From Callorhinchus milii (lineage: Eukaryota): a stretch of 64,000 nucleotides of DNA. Below the pieces are notes generated by a model. That model did no database searches and had not been told where the DNA came from. It saw nothing but the letters and a program-made list of their open reading frames with translations. Below are positions 49,432 to 61,759 of this stretch, piece by piece (position 1 is the stretch's first letter; every line of letters starts with the position of its first letter). The translations under genes and the position numbers were made by a program. The DNA lies in NCBI RefSeq assembly GCF_018977255.1, contig NW_024704743.1, positions 93,436,001 through 93,500,000 on the forward strand. Direction: 5' to 3'.

Positions 49432-50890
49432 CTGAAGGTGGGAGGGAGCCCGAAGGCACGATCGAAGAGAAGAGTCTTGAGACCGGCCTTGAAGGAGGCA
49501 AGAGAGGAAGTGAGGCGAAGGAACTGTGGGATGGAGTTCCAGAGTGTGGGGGCAGAGAGGCTGAAAGCCCGGCCACCGATGTTAGGGCGGGTCGGACAGG
49601 AGACATGGAGCAAATCGGAGCCTGCTGAATGGAGGGAGCAGGCAGGTTGGTAGGAAGCAGGTCAGAGAGGTAGGAGGGGGAAAGACCATGGATGGCCTTG
49701 AAAGTGAGGATCTTGAATTTGATCCTCTGAGGGATGGGAAGCCAGTAGAGTCGAGTGAGTGATGGGGTCATGGAGCCTGGTGCATGAGTACACGAGCTGC
49801 AGAGTTTGGATGATCTGCAGCTTGTGAAGGGAAGAGTTGGGAAGGCCGATGAGTAGGGAGTTTCCATAATCGAACCTTGAGGTGATGAATGCGTGGATAA
49901 GGATTTCAGCAGCCTGAGGGGTTGTCAGGCTGGCAATGTTGCGGAGGTGGTGGTAGGCAATGTTGGTCATGGCGCGGAGAAAGGACAGTTCAGGGTCAAA
50001 CAAGACACCCAGGTTCCTGACTGGCTTAGGGAGGTTGAGTGTGCAGCCGTGGAGGCTGATGCTGCAAGCGCCTGAGGTACGGAGGCGCAGGCACGAGCCA
50101 ATCAGGAGGGCCTCAGTCTTGCTGACGTTGAGTTGGAGAAAATTGTCCCTCGTCCAGGACTTGATGTCGGACAGGATGCCAGTAGTCCTGGAGTTGAGGG
50201 TGGAGGCAGAGAGATAGAGTTGGGTGTCAACCGCATACATGTGGAAATTTACCCTATGCCTGCGGATGATGTCACCAAAAAGGAGCATGTAGAAGGTGAA
50301 GAAGAACGGACCGAGGACAGAGCCCTGAGGAACACCGCACAAGACGTTGCGGGGGCTGAAGGAGAAGCCGTTTGCTGCGACGAAGTGGAAGCGGTGTGAA
50401 AAGTAGGACCTGAACCAGTCAAGGACAGAACCTTGAAGGTTGAGGTGGGAAGAGAGGGGGTGGAGGAGGATTGAGTGGTCCACAGTGTTACAGGCGGCAG
50501 AGAGGTCGAGGAGGACGAGGAGGCAGAGGGAGCCCTGGTTGCACATGGTCAGGATGTCGTTTGTGATCATGACCAGAGCAGTTTCCGTGCCATGGAACAG
50601 TGCCAGATGACAGGGAGAGGTTGATAAAGTTGGCGAGAGTGGGGCAAGGAGGCAGAGCTGGGATGTAAGGAGAGGGGTGGGGATGGGGTCCAAGGAGCAG
50701 GTGATGAGCTTCATGGAGGTGAAGACAGAGGAGGGGGTGACAGGTTCAAAGATGTGTAAGCAGGGATGGGTAGTTGTCGGAGTGTGGGGCAGGGGGTAGG
50801 GAGGCGGTGGAAGTTGGGAGGCCAGTGGCAAGCTGAGCGGATTCCCTCGATTTTGGAGTCGAGGAAGTCCAACATTTTCTTGCAGTGGGA
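49432..50890 (-). mobile_element. L2 ORF2 fragment (RT), internally deleted and lacking the terminal tail
   Basis: ORF 49662-50831: HGTETAL, LVLLDLSAA, CGVPQGSVLGP, YAVDTQLY. Confidence 0.96.
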
Positions 50891-51549
50891 ATCAGAGGAA
50901 AAATCCACAAAGGGAAGGAGAGCTATTAGGCAAAAGCAGACCAATTTACTATATTCTTAATGTATCTGAAATAAATAAAGCCCTTGGAAAAAGTGTAGAT
51001 GTAATTGTAAACTGAAGCAGTGTCCATGGTCCCAGAAGAGAACGAGAGAATGTAAAATCTGTGTTGATTATGCTGTTATCTCTCTCTGTGCTGCAATCAA
51101 CGACTCTCCAGTTGCCTTTTTTTGTAGTAAGAAATTAACCTCATATTTGATCTCTGTTATTATTTTCAGAGGCTGGGTTTTGTTGTGTGGAATCTGGAGA
51201 GCGTAAACACCAAAATATGTTTCAGTCTGTGATCAGTGCACTGGAAGGTTCAATGGGAGCCCATATCAAGTCAGTTTTCTCTAAATGTTATTGGACAGAC
51301 ACGAGCATCTGTCATTGAAGATTAACCACTGTCTTTCAGTGGAAAGTGCAGTATTGCAAGCTGGCTTCTTGGTGGTTGTTGGGAAGCAGTTCATGAGCAC
51401 ACTACCACCACACTTCAATGTGATTCAAGCAGGGAGAGTCACTATTGGGTCAATTGCTTCAGCAACACACTATGTGCCAAATACTGCAAATATATATATA
51501 CATATGCTTACATGGAATGATATAGGATGGAAACAGGCCATTTGACCCA

Positions 51550-52288
51550 ATTACAACAACAAAATTACATTTGTTTAGTGCCTTTCACGTTGGGAGGATG
51601 TTCCAAGGCGCTGGACAGTCAGTTTTGGACCCGAGCTGGGGGTCGGGATCGGAGAGGGTGGAGGGCAGTGAAGGAACAACAACAACAAGAAAGGTGATCA
51701 AAGACACAGTCGAAGAGAAGGGTCTTGAGATGGGTCTTGGAGGGGCGAGGCAGAGGGACTGCAGGATGGAGTTCCAGAGGATGGGGGCAGAGTGGCAGAA
51801 GGCCCACCCACCAATGGTGGGGCAGGCAAGGCGAGGTATGTGAAGTAGGCCGGAGCCCGCTGAGCAAAGGGAGCAGGCAGTTTGGTAGGGGGTTAGGAGG
51901 TAAAGGAGAGTAAGGCCATGGAGGGCTTTGAAGGTGAGGACCAAGATCTTGAACTGTATCCTCTGTGTGATGGGAAGCCAGCGGAGTCGGGCAAGGCTGG
52001 GGGTGATAGCGTCACGGAGCCTGTTGAGGGAGAGAACATGGGCTGCAGAGTTCTGGATTATCTGTAGCCTATGGAGGGAGGAGTTTGCAAAGTCAAGCCT
52101 GGATGTTATGAATGCATGTATGAGGTTTGTGGCGGCCTGTGGAGTGAGACAGTGGGGGAGCCGGGTGATGTTGCAGAGGTGGGGGAAGACAATGCGTGTC
52201 ATGGCACAGATGTGGGGTAGAAAGGATAGTGCAGGGTCAAACAAGACCCCAAGGTTCCGGACTGTCTTGGTAAGGTGGAGTGTGCACT
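51550..52288 (-). mobile_element. L2 3' fragment
   Basis: ORF 51585-52244 L2 C-terminus and tail. Confidence 0.95.
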
Positions 52289-53204
52289 AATCCACGCCGA
52301 TTCCCTCATTTATTTCCTTTTCCTTTTTACACATATATGAATCAAGTTTTCTCTTAAATATATTAATATTATTTGCTTCAATTACAGCTTTTGTCAGCGA
52401 GTTCCACGTTCTCACTATTATCTGTGTGAAGAGAATCAATTTTGTTTACGTATACTTGATAGTCATCAGTCTTATTCTTTGTAAATGTCATGCACTTGTA
52501 TATAAGGTAGGTTTCACGCAAATTAATTTTTCAGTAATATTGTACTTCAATTTAAGAGGCAGGAATAAATTGGTAACTGGAAGATCAATGTTTGTACACT
52601 GCCTAAAGCAAAATAACATTATACTTGAGTAATAAGTTCTCTTGGGAATGCAAGTCGAAAAGGACAGAGTTCAAAAACTTGAACTTGAAGACAGGAACGA
52701 ATGCATGAAAGGCCTTGTCCAGAGAGTTACGTATAGAGTTATAGAGAGTGATATAGCACGGAAAGTTTTTTGGTCCCGACTAGTCCATGCCGGTGTTTAC
52801 ACTCTACAAGAGCACCCCTCCAATATTTCTCTCCTCTACTCCATTTGCTTCTGCCTCAGTTATGCATCATTTCCCTTAAATACAATGCTTCAACACAGCT
52901 TCCAGCAGTGAGTTTCACATTCTCATCACCATCCTCATGAAGGAAGTCCTCCTAAATGCCCTACTAGATCTATTATTATATGTTAAAACCGAGATTAGAT
53001 GGGTGCTAAAGATCCAATGGCACTATTCAAAAAGAGAAGTAAGTTTCTCTCGGTGCCCTGGTCAACATTGGGCCACATCAAATTGATCATTCATTTCATG
53101 GCTGTCTGCGGGACATTTCTGTGTGCATATTGGCTGCTACACTTGCCAACAAAATATGCAGTCACTACGCTTTATAATATATCGCCACATTATAACCAAT
53201 TATT

Positions 53205-53548
53205 AACACCATACCAACCTGTCCATTCCTATGCTCAGCGGGCACTGGTCTGCTTCATGTGTCCTGCTCTGCCTGCCACACCATTGGTAATCAGGCCTTC
53301 AGCTTTTCTTCCCCACCCTCTGGAACTCCATCCCATAATCAATCTGCCTCACTCCCTCCTTTACTTCCTTCAAGGCCAATCTCAAGACCTACATCTTTGA
53401 CCATGCCTTCTGCCACCCTCCCATTCCCCTACCCTTCACCCCTCTTGATTCCAACCTCACATGCAAACCCTTAACTGTTGAGCACGTTGGGACATCTTTC
53501 CTACGTGACAGGTGCTATATAAATTTAATTTTGTTGTTGATGTTATTG
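53205..53548 (+). mobile_element. L2 3' fragment, preceded by a Deu fragment at about 52985-53180
   Basis: C-rich UTR and tail 'gggacatctttcctacgtgacaggtgctatataaatttaattttgttgttg'. Confidence 0.85.
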
Positions 53549-53967
53549 TTCAGGTATTGGGCAGAAAGATGTTAATTGTTGGAAATAAGGTTTCAATTGT
53601 ATTTATTTAACATTTAATACTTTAACAACCAGAAATAAATCACTTGACGTACAAAAATTATATTACGCATTTGGTAGCAGTGGAATGGTACACTGAACCA
53701 AGACTTAATAAACATTTATATTGTCTTTTGTATTAATATGGTAACATGAGCTAGCAAATTACAACTATATCCAGGCACACCAATGGAATTACCGACAATG
53801 CAATTACAGCAATTACCAATAGAACACATTGATTCAATCTTAAAGGTGTTCTAACAAATGCAATGATTATTTTTATAAGTGGATGCAGTTAATTAATAAT
53901 AATATTTGATGTTTCATATTTTTATGTTTTATTGTATACCTTGTGCTCAGTTTGTGCATAATCAAAT

Positions 53968-54350
53968 ATGGAGTCCTGTAGCTCAGTGGTTAGAGCAGTC
54001 GCCTCGCAAACAAGAGACCTGGGTTTGATTCCCAGTAGGATGAAATGTTGGGCAAGTTTCTTTACTCCACAGCCTTCTGTTTACCTAGCAGTAAGTAGAA
54101 ACCCAGTTGTTAGTCGATTAGCGGATCGCTTTTCCAGGGGTAATAAATAACTCCTTCAAAAAAAATAATAATGAATTGGTCAATTCCATCCACGACTGTT
54201 TGTGGGACTGTGCTGTGCGTAATTGGCTGCCACGTTTTGCTCACAAAATATACAGTTAATTCACTTTACAATATATCCTGTGACGTGTTTTGAGATAACC
54301 CAAAGACGTGATAAAGCACTATATCAAACGCAAGGGTTATTATTATATTA
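53968..54350 (+). mobile_element. full-length SINE (long subfamily)
   Basis: ggagtcctgtagctcagtggttagagc head through the (TTA) tail. Confidence 0.94.
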
Positions 54351-54468
54351 TACAAGAACAACAACAATTTGCATTTATATAGCGCCCTTCATGCAGGGCA
54401 TTGTCTCAGAGCGCAACATAACAACGATAATATAAATGAAGTAAAATCTTCTCTACATTTCCCTTCAG

Positions 54469-54736
54469 GTGACTCACACCCACTTCCCCATCAGAGTCAG
54501 TTGAACAGGAAACTCACATTACTGAAGAGGAAGAAGAAGTGCCAGTTCAGCAAGGTGGAACTGTCAGGACTGAAGATGACAATCGCACAAAGCCCATGTA
54601 GGGAATTGATTTTGAATATGCTGTTAGGTGATATGAGGCAATCGTTCATATTGAAATCTCCTCCAAAGGGACAAAGCAGCACAAAAAGATGCAAGAGCCA
54701 GAGTTCACAAGTGCTGTCCATCACCAAACCCCCAGC
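54469..54736 (+). other. exon-like block, possibly a decayed coding exon
   Basis: Strong acceptor tcttctctacatttcccttcag| and donor |gtaagc. One frame is open; another is acidic with three stops. Confidence 0.3.
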
Positions 54737-55829
54737 GTAAGCCAGGGAACAGAACTTAGCACGATATGCCAGAAGCTAGATAAACTTGTGCATTCATTAA
54801 TTTGTTCTAAAGCTTGACAGACAGATAGGCAAGAAACCTTTCTCTTTCAGAACATTGGGCTCTAAATTGTGGTATTGAACAGATTTCTTAATAGGAAATA
54901 CGTAACTATCAAATCTCGTAAAACATTTGGAGCTTTCGAAATTCAACAATTACACATTTCTTAAGAAATCGGTTATGAAATAAAGCAAATTTCTCAGAGG
55001 AAACTTTATAGAAGTTTACACGATTTTAAATGGAATTGAGAAAGTAAACCCAGAACAATACATGTGGATCCACTGAAACAGCAGAACGAGCACACAAGTT
55101 CAGAGTTGCAAAAGGCAATTTCAGAAAAGACACCAGGAAGTATTTATTTACCGAGAGGATAATTCATTAGTGTGTAAAGGTTTACTGTATCGATTCACAA
55201 GGAACACTTAATGGATAATAGAAAGGGTATTTGCAGTATCATTGATTTTGCCTATTGGTTTTTGGCCAAGACCTTTATGTGTTCCAAAGGTGATCCAGGC
55301 TGAAGATGCTTATACATTGCACTGAAAAGAATGTAGGTATGATTGCTTATCCGTTTCCAGGCTTGCTATTGTCCAGAGCAGAACTGGAAAGATTTTACTT
55401 CATCTGTGATATATCAGCTACAAGAAGCTGTTCTGTGAAACATGCTCACTTGAGTAGTTTGAAATCAGCTCCTGTTGACATTTCCTGCAGAAGATTGAGC
55501 CAGCTAAGTGGCTGAACAAAGCCAAGTCTACTGTTGATTATATCCTTCTATCTAATGTTACCTTTAGCCTCATACAGTATTTGACTGGGTTGCATTAAAG
55601 CCGCAGTACATTGTTATTAAAAGACGATATCAAATCTGTTACACTGTCACCCTGCAAAGTACCTGTTCTTTTAAGAAAGCAACCAATTGCCTCAAATTTC
55701 ACCCACAAAATATACAGTCATTTCACTTTACGGTATATTCTGTGAAGCGCTTTGAGACAGCTCAATGGTGTAATAAGGCACTATATCAAATGCAAGGATT
55801 ATTTTTGTTATTTTTATAATTGAAAATAG

Positions 55830-57350
55830 ACTTGAACCCAAGGAAAGGCTACATGTAACTCAGCACAAGTGGGAGCCGCAGACTGGATCAGTAGATTAGA
55901 AAATTATGAAATACAGTGTTACAGTAGAGTTTCTCTGTGCTCAGTAGATTTGAACAAAGATATTTAATGAAAAGGGTGACCATTGGGCTGCTGTGGCTAA
56001 TACTGAAACATTTTTGGTTTAGATGCTAATCAGGATTTTAGTGAGGAATACTGGATCAAGAGAATGTTTAAGTTAATACTTTCAATGCACCTCTCAGGTG
56101 AAATATGCTCAATATGCTTCCTTTCAGTATTACCTCAGCACCAGATATGCATCAGACCCAAACATCTGACAATTAAAGTGTAGTGATAACAGTTGATGAC
56201 TTATTTATCCTGGAAAGAAATGAAGAACACAGCTCAAAGACTCCAATATGTGATGCAGAAAGCTTATGAGAGTGTCAAACTGGGTTCAACAAAATAAATG
56301 ATGTGGCTATGTATTGATGAAGTAAGAGCCAAAATCTCATTTAAGGAAAATGAAAGTTGGAAAGTCCAATAGATAAGAAAATATGTGCAAAGACTTCTGA
56401 GTGTCCTGATTTTTTTTTACCAAATCTAGCGTAGCACGGAGAGAAAAAGATTGACATTGGGAAGGCTGCAGAAAAAAAGCCTCAAAAATTGAAGGAGCTG
56501 ATGACACCATCTATACTAAAGTATTTTAATATCACACAACTATCTGTTGAATCTGGACCTAATGATGTTGAGTAGTGCTGGTTTGGGATAATCATCCAGT
56601 GGCATATGCCTCTTAGAATCTTACATGTATTAGCCTGGCTCAGTTGGTAGCAATCGCCTCCAAGTGCAAAGGTTGTGGATTTGTTCAAGCCCCATGTTGG
56701 AATCTGAGCTCACAGCCTCGGCTGACATTCCAATGCAGTGCTCGGGGAGTGCTATATTGTTGGAGTTGTCCTTCACAGGAGATATTAAACTAAGCCCTGT
56801 CTGTTTGCTTCAAGTGATGGTAAAGATTCCATAACATTATTCAAAAAGAAATAGGGAGTTTCTCCCTGTGCCTTGGCCAACAATCCTCCAGATATGTAAT
56901 TTACGTAATGACTGTGCAAAAATTGGTTGTGTTCCCCTAGAAAATAGGAGGTTACTACATTTCACATCGAAAAACCCTATCATCTCTTCAAGTTGGTTTT
57001 GCCAATAATAAGCTGCTGTATAAACTGCAAGGATTTTTCCACAAAGGCACAAAGCAATTATGTATCGACAAGAAATGTTGGCAATAATGAGATATTTCAT
57101 GAATATATTCTTAGACAGAAACAGCTAACGATTGAGACTGAACACCAGACATTAAACAATGGTTGAAACAAACAATGATAACAAGCTCCACCTGAGTTGC
57201 AGAGAATGATGATGAATCTGCAGATGTACTTGTTCGCTATGAAATACATACCAGAAAGAGGTGATTGTTACAGGGACTGTTTGGAAGTTACAGAGAATCC
57301 TCATGAAGAGGATGAATTTGAGGTGACCCTAATCCGACCCCTATACATTT
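55830..57350 (+). mobile_element. Ty3/Gypsy pol fossil (RT and RNase H)
   Basis: LDANQDF; NTFNAP; LPFSITSAPD; VVITVDDLFI; AQSNY..EMLAI; FHEYI..TIETEHQTL; APPELQRMMMNLQMY..KYIP. Confidence 0.85.
56630..56935 (+). mobile_element. DeuSINE nested in the Gypsy fossil
   Basis: 'agcctggctcagttggtagcaatcgcctcc...ttcaagtgatggtaaagattccataacattattcaaaaaga'. Confidence 0.8.
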
Positions 57351-58364
57351 ATTGAGTGAAAAGACAATTGATGGTTAAGAGTATAACAGCTCAATTAGAA
57401 ATACAATTCTGCCAATGTAAATTTGCTTTTTTTTCCCAAGTAGAAAATATGATTAATGTTATTTAATGTGTTCATGCCTTGATATCTTAGACTAGCTATA
57501 TTTACAACATATAGCCTTACAATTTTGCCAACTCAGACTTTTTTTTTAAATCTTGATAATCCTATTTAATGGGCTAAGATGTTAGTTGTAAGAAAGAGAG
57601 TACATGAATTCAAATCCATCTGAGACTAAACCTTTGTAGACAGGAGCAGCGATGAGAACAACATATCCACACTTCATCTTACGAGGTTCAAAGTACTGTT
57701 GACAGCACTGGGAGCTTTCAGCAGGTACAGCAAACCTAACATGACTATATGCTTCTGGAAAGTGAATGGGAGCTAGTCCATCCGTCTTTAACATTATTTT
57801 ACTGCCTCAAAGTCTGTCTGCGTTCTGCTAGGCTTAGGTCTTTGGCACATCACTCTCTCACCAGCAGTCTTGTTTTGGAATAGTGATGCAAGTCTCAATG
57901 GGGTATGAATCACAATTTTGATTGATTCAAAATTTTAACCCTTTTTGCCCTACAATAGCCAAATAATTTAGCAGGCATAAATGTCAGTCATGTTACGACA
58001 TAATAATAATGATACTAATCCTTGGATTTGATATAGCACCTTATCATGACTTTGAGACGCCTCAAAGCGCTTCACGGGATATATTATAAAGTGGAGTGAC
58101 TGTATATTTTGTGGGTGAAACGTATAACGTAGTTTTATTTCAGACAAAATAATCCTGCCCTCTCTGCCCCAGCCAACAATGTTCCTTCTTTCAGGCTCCC
58201 AAAGACATGCCATTATTACTTTATTGGCCACTTCACAACCCTTGTGATCCTTAAGGAATTGCGGATTCTAGAAATATGATGCATGTTAGAATCTGAAGAA
58301 TTCTAATTGACTTTTGATCAATCTGTTAACCTATTTTCAGTGGTAAGTTCAGATACTACTACTA

Positions 58365-58545
58365 CTAATAATAATTCTTGTTTTGATATAGCGCCTTATC
58401 ATGTCTTTGAGACGTCTCAAAGCGCTTCACAGAATATACTGTAAAGTTAATTGACTGTGTATTTTGCGGGTGAAAAGTAACAGTCAATTGTGCACAGCAG
58501 TGTCCCACAAACAGTCTAGATTGAGTGACCAATATATTATTATTA
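58365..58545 (-). mobile_element. 5'-truncated SINE
   Basis: Reverse tail and core; a similar shorter piece lies at 58003-58125. Confidence 0.88.
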
Positions 58546-58639
58546 TTTATTTGTTTGACAGAATACTTTGCTGTTGGAATATGCAGAGATCTTCCCGGGG
58601 GTAATAACACTGATCAATTTAGTGCAATACAATAGAGGA

Positions 58640-59170
58640 CAAATTTACATTGATATTGTGCCTTTCACTTCAAGAGGATGTCCCAAAGTGCATAAGAGTA
58701 CTGGCTGGGCACTTGAGTTGGGCTTGGGAGCTGTGGGAGATAGGGAAGAGAAAGATGACAGAAAGCACAGTTAAAGAGGTAGATTTTTTTGAATGTGCCT
58801 TTGGTCTTCTTCCTATCTTCCTCCCACCACCTTCCTCGGCTCCAACTCCTGCTCGGTGCCATGCCAGCACTGTCATCCTGACATGAACAGTGCTATATCA
58901 ATTTATTGTTGTTTTGAGAGAAACCTTGAATGAGATGAGGGAAGGAATGAGTCAGAGGAATGGAGTTCTATAGAGCAGGGGCAGAAAGGCTAATAGCTCA
59001 CCCGCGATGGTGGGACAGATAGGGTAGTGGATATGAAGAAGCCTGGTGCTTGCTGAGCGAAGGGAGCAGCTGGGTCGGTAGAGTTTGAAGAATTCGCAAA
59101 GGTAGGGTGGGACAAGACTGGAGGGATTCAAAGATGAGAAGGAGGAACTTGAACTCAATCTGATTGCAGG
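58640..59170 (-). mobile_element. old L2 3' fragment with an opposite-strand L2 tail nested at about 58785-58915
   Basis: The minus-strand UTR stops near 'gaggtag' and resumes near 'ttgagagaaaccttgaa'. Confidence 0.7.
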
Positions 59171-59775
59171 ACAGGGAGGATGTAAATCACCCATATCTCC
59201 TTTCCCTGATTCAATATTGAGTGATCCCTGCTGGAAAGTGAGCATGTAAATGTTGGTTCAACACAGTTATGGATTTGGCTATGACACCCCCTACCTCTTG
59301 TTCATATCCTGCCAACAGTCCCCCAGTTAAAATTAGTCATTCACTTCATGGCTGTTTACGGGATATTGGTGTCCCTAAATTGACCTTTGCATCTGCCTAC
59401 AAGATATATAGGGACTACACCTTACAGTAAGTACAGTAAGTTGTATGATATATATGATGTTGATTACTAACAAGATTTACTGGCATTGAAAAAGTAACCT
59501 TTCAGTTTATCCATAAAAGAATATGTGTACTTTACTTCCAGATGTAAGTTGATGACTTTGGAAACATTTTACCAGAAGTGGAAGTGCTGTAAGAATGAAT
59601 GAAATGAACAATGTGGGAAGAGCTTGATCTCTTTTGTTTTGATCTTAGTTTTCTTGGAAGATCAAAGGTTGACAGGTCCCATAAGTAATGGTGGAGTTCA
59701 GTATCTATGCATTCCAGTCACAGTAGCCAGTGTCTTATCTCTGGACATTGTTTTGCTGTAATAATAACTCAATAA

Positions 59776-60033
59776 TGTGGATTCCTGTAGCTTAGTGGTT
59801 AGAGCACTCACCTTGCAAGTGTGAGGACCTTGGTTTGATTCCCGGGCAGGGCGAAACATTGGACAAGATTCATTACTCCTCTGTTTACCTATCAGTAAGT
59901 AGGAACACAGTTGTTAGTCGTTTTGTCCATAAAATATACAGTGAATTCACTTTAGAGTATGCAGAATATTCTGTATATTAGAGACGCCTCAAAGATGTGA
60001 TAAGGGGCTATATCAAATGCAAGCATTATTATT
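59776..60033 (+). mobile_element. internally deleted SINE
   Basis: tRNA head and tail present, core partly missing. Confidence 0.88.
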
Positions 60034-60864
60034 AGAATGGAGCCAGAGTGCCTCAGCCTTTATGTCAGGTTTGTGTTGGTGTGACATTTTCTATTTTCCA
60101 CATCAGACATACTATGCACCCTTGAAATGAAATTTCCAGTTTTGTGGAAAATTAGAGTTTGTTTTTATTCACATTCACAAGGACTGCAGTCCCCCCCCCT
60201 CCCATGACCAGTGAAGTAATCCACTGCTACATCCAGTCCCAGATGTGTTTTAAACTGGAAATGATTATGGCATTTCTAAGACAGACAAGATTACCATTAT
60301 AAATAGCACACTTTCATTCTTAAAACAAAACACCCTCAAGACCCATTTTTAATCACTATAAATAAACTTTAGAAATGCTAAGTCATTTGAGGAACTACAA
60401 AATATAAATGCCAATAAAATCACAAGCATCATTGCAAAGCTCCTTTTAACTTAATAAGGACTTTTTTTTCTGCTTGTCTGTGTTGATAGTTCAGGCTGAT
60501 TTCTCAGAAATTGACATTGATTGCCAAAGGCCGAATTAGGACCGTTCTTACAAAAAGACATTGTATTGACCACCTTTTCTGGTGGTTCACTGACCAATCA
60601 AGTAGCTGACTGTTTAAATCGTTAATCAAGTTATTCAGAATGAAATGAAATAGTATGGTGATCAACGATGCAGCTTTGTTTCTCAATAATTTATTTTAAG
60701 GCCAGTTCTTTGAACTTTAATGAAGACAATGACACTCACTCGAGAAGCGCTGAATGAAATTATTTCTTATCAAGCTTTCCAGTGCAATTAAAATTCCATG
60801 TTTGTGAAATCTGTATCAAAGAAATATACTTTCCTATCTTGATGTATTTTCTTAGTGGACAGCA

Positions 60865-61118
60865 TGTTGTGTGTGTATATGTGTGTGTGTGTGTATTGGT
60901 GCTCCTTGCTCTGTGTATTTGTGTGTGTTTTTGTTTGTATGTGTGGTGTCCTTGCTGTTTTGTGTGTGAATGTATGTTCCTTGCAGTGTATGTGTGTTCA
61001 TACCTTGCTTTCTGAGTGCGTGTATGTGTACATGTATGTCTGTGCTCCTTGTTGCATTTGTGTGTGTTTTCTCCTTGCTTTGTTTGCGCATGTGTGTGTA
61101 TGTATGCACTCCTTGCTT
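60865..61118. repeat. TG-rich compound minisatellite with recurring CCTTG(C/T) core
   Basis: Core at 60904, 60950, 60979, 61003, 61047, 61073 and 61111, separated by variable TG-rich tracts. Confidence 0.9.
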
Positions 61119-61299
61119 GGAATTGAGTCAATCCTCTGTGACAATCTTGAAAGTCTGGTTTCTCAGCCAGGTGAGTCTGCGGTACAGCAGAGCACTGCTG
61201 ATGACAGACCAGCCAGCCTGGGTCTTCTGAAACAGCTACTGTTGTTCCTAATAATTCAGTAGACCCTGTTATAATGTGAGTTGATTCGTAAGGTGGGTG

Positions 61300-61430
61300 C
61301 TCTGTGGACTCGTGTTGCGTTCGGCACACAAATTAGCAACACTTCTTGCGTGTGGCAGCACGAAGGGAGTGACGTCAGCAGCAACCTAAGAACCGAGAAA
61401 CACATAGGAAGTGACGTAAGGGTGAATTGA
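61300..61430. promoter_or_regulatory. putative promoter: CRE, ETS-CRE composite and RFX-like half sites
   Basis: TGACGTCA 61370-61377, GGAAGTGACGTAA 61407-61419, TAGCAAC 61334-61340, CAGCAAC 61379-61385 and TTGCGTG 61346-61352, with locally retained CpGs in non-repeat sequence. Confidence 0.55.
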
Positions 61431-61759
61431 TAATCTGGAAGTTAGCCATTTCCCCCCACTCATTGTAATGCAGGACTTGAGAGATTGAATTCAGATGACA
61501 ATTATATTGACAGATATGAGTACTTTAAAATGATGGAATTATGCCATGTTCACCACTAGGTGGTGGCAATGCAGTGAGATGTCTTCATCTATTGCTGAGG
61601 TACAATGTAAGTCATTTTCTTGCTGTTATGTTTCAGGTACACAATGACCAAATGAGCCATTTGATGCAAAACAGTTTTTTTTATTTTAATACACAACTGG
61701 AGTCAACAATAAACCTACTTGCTTATCCTGCACATTCACTGTCCCTCATGTGTATGTCA

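Noticed and set aside
49662..50831. 389-aa ORF as a host gene or active retroelement
   Set aside because: It is an internally deleted L2 ORF2 fragment with the catalytic YADD changed to YAVD and no endonuclease.
57582..57794. protein-like 70-aa minus-strand ORF or exon
   Set aside because: Splice sites are plausible, but there is no homology or phase-consistent partner; indistinguishable from chance.
60865..61118. CRISPR-like array
   Set aside because: The core is only 6-9 bp, the spacers are low-complexity and irregular, the context is eukaryotic and there are no cas genes.
60760..61329. 189-aa His/Thr-rich ORF and overlapping Cys/Val-rich ORFs
   Set aside because: Artefacts of the TG/CA repeat plus a LINE fragment.
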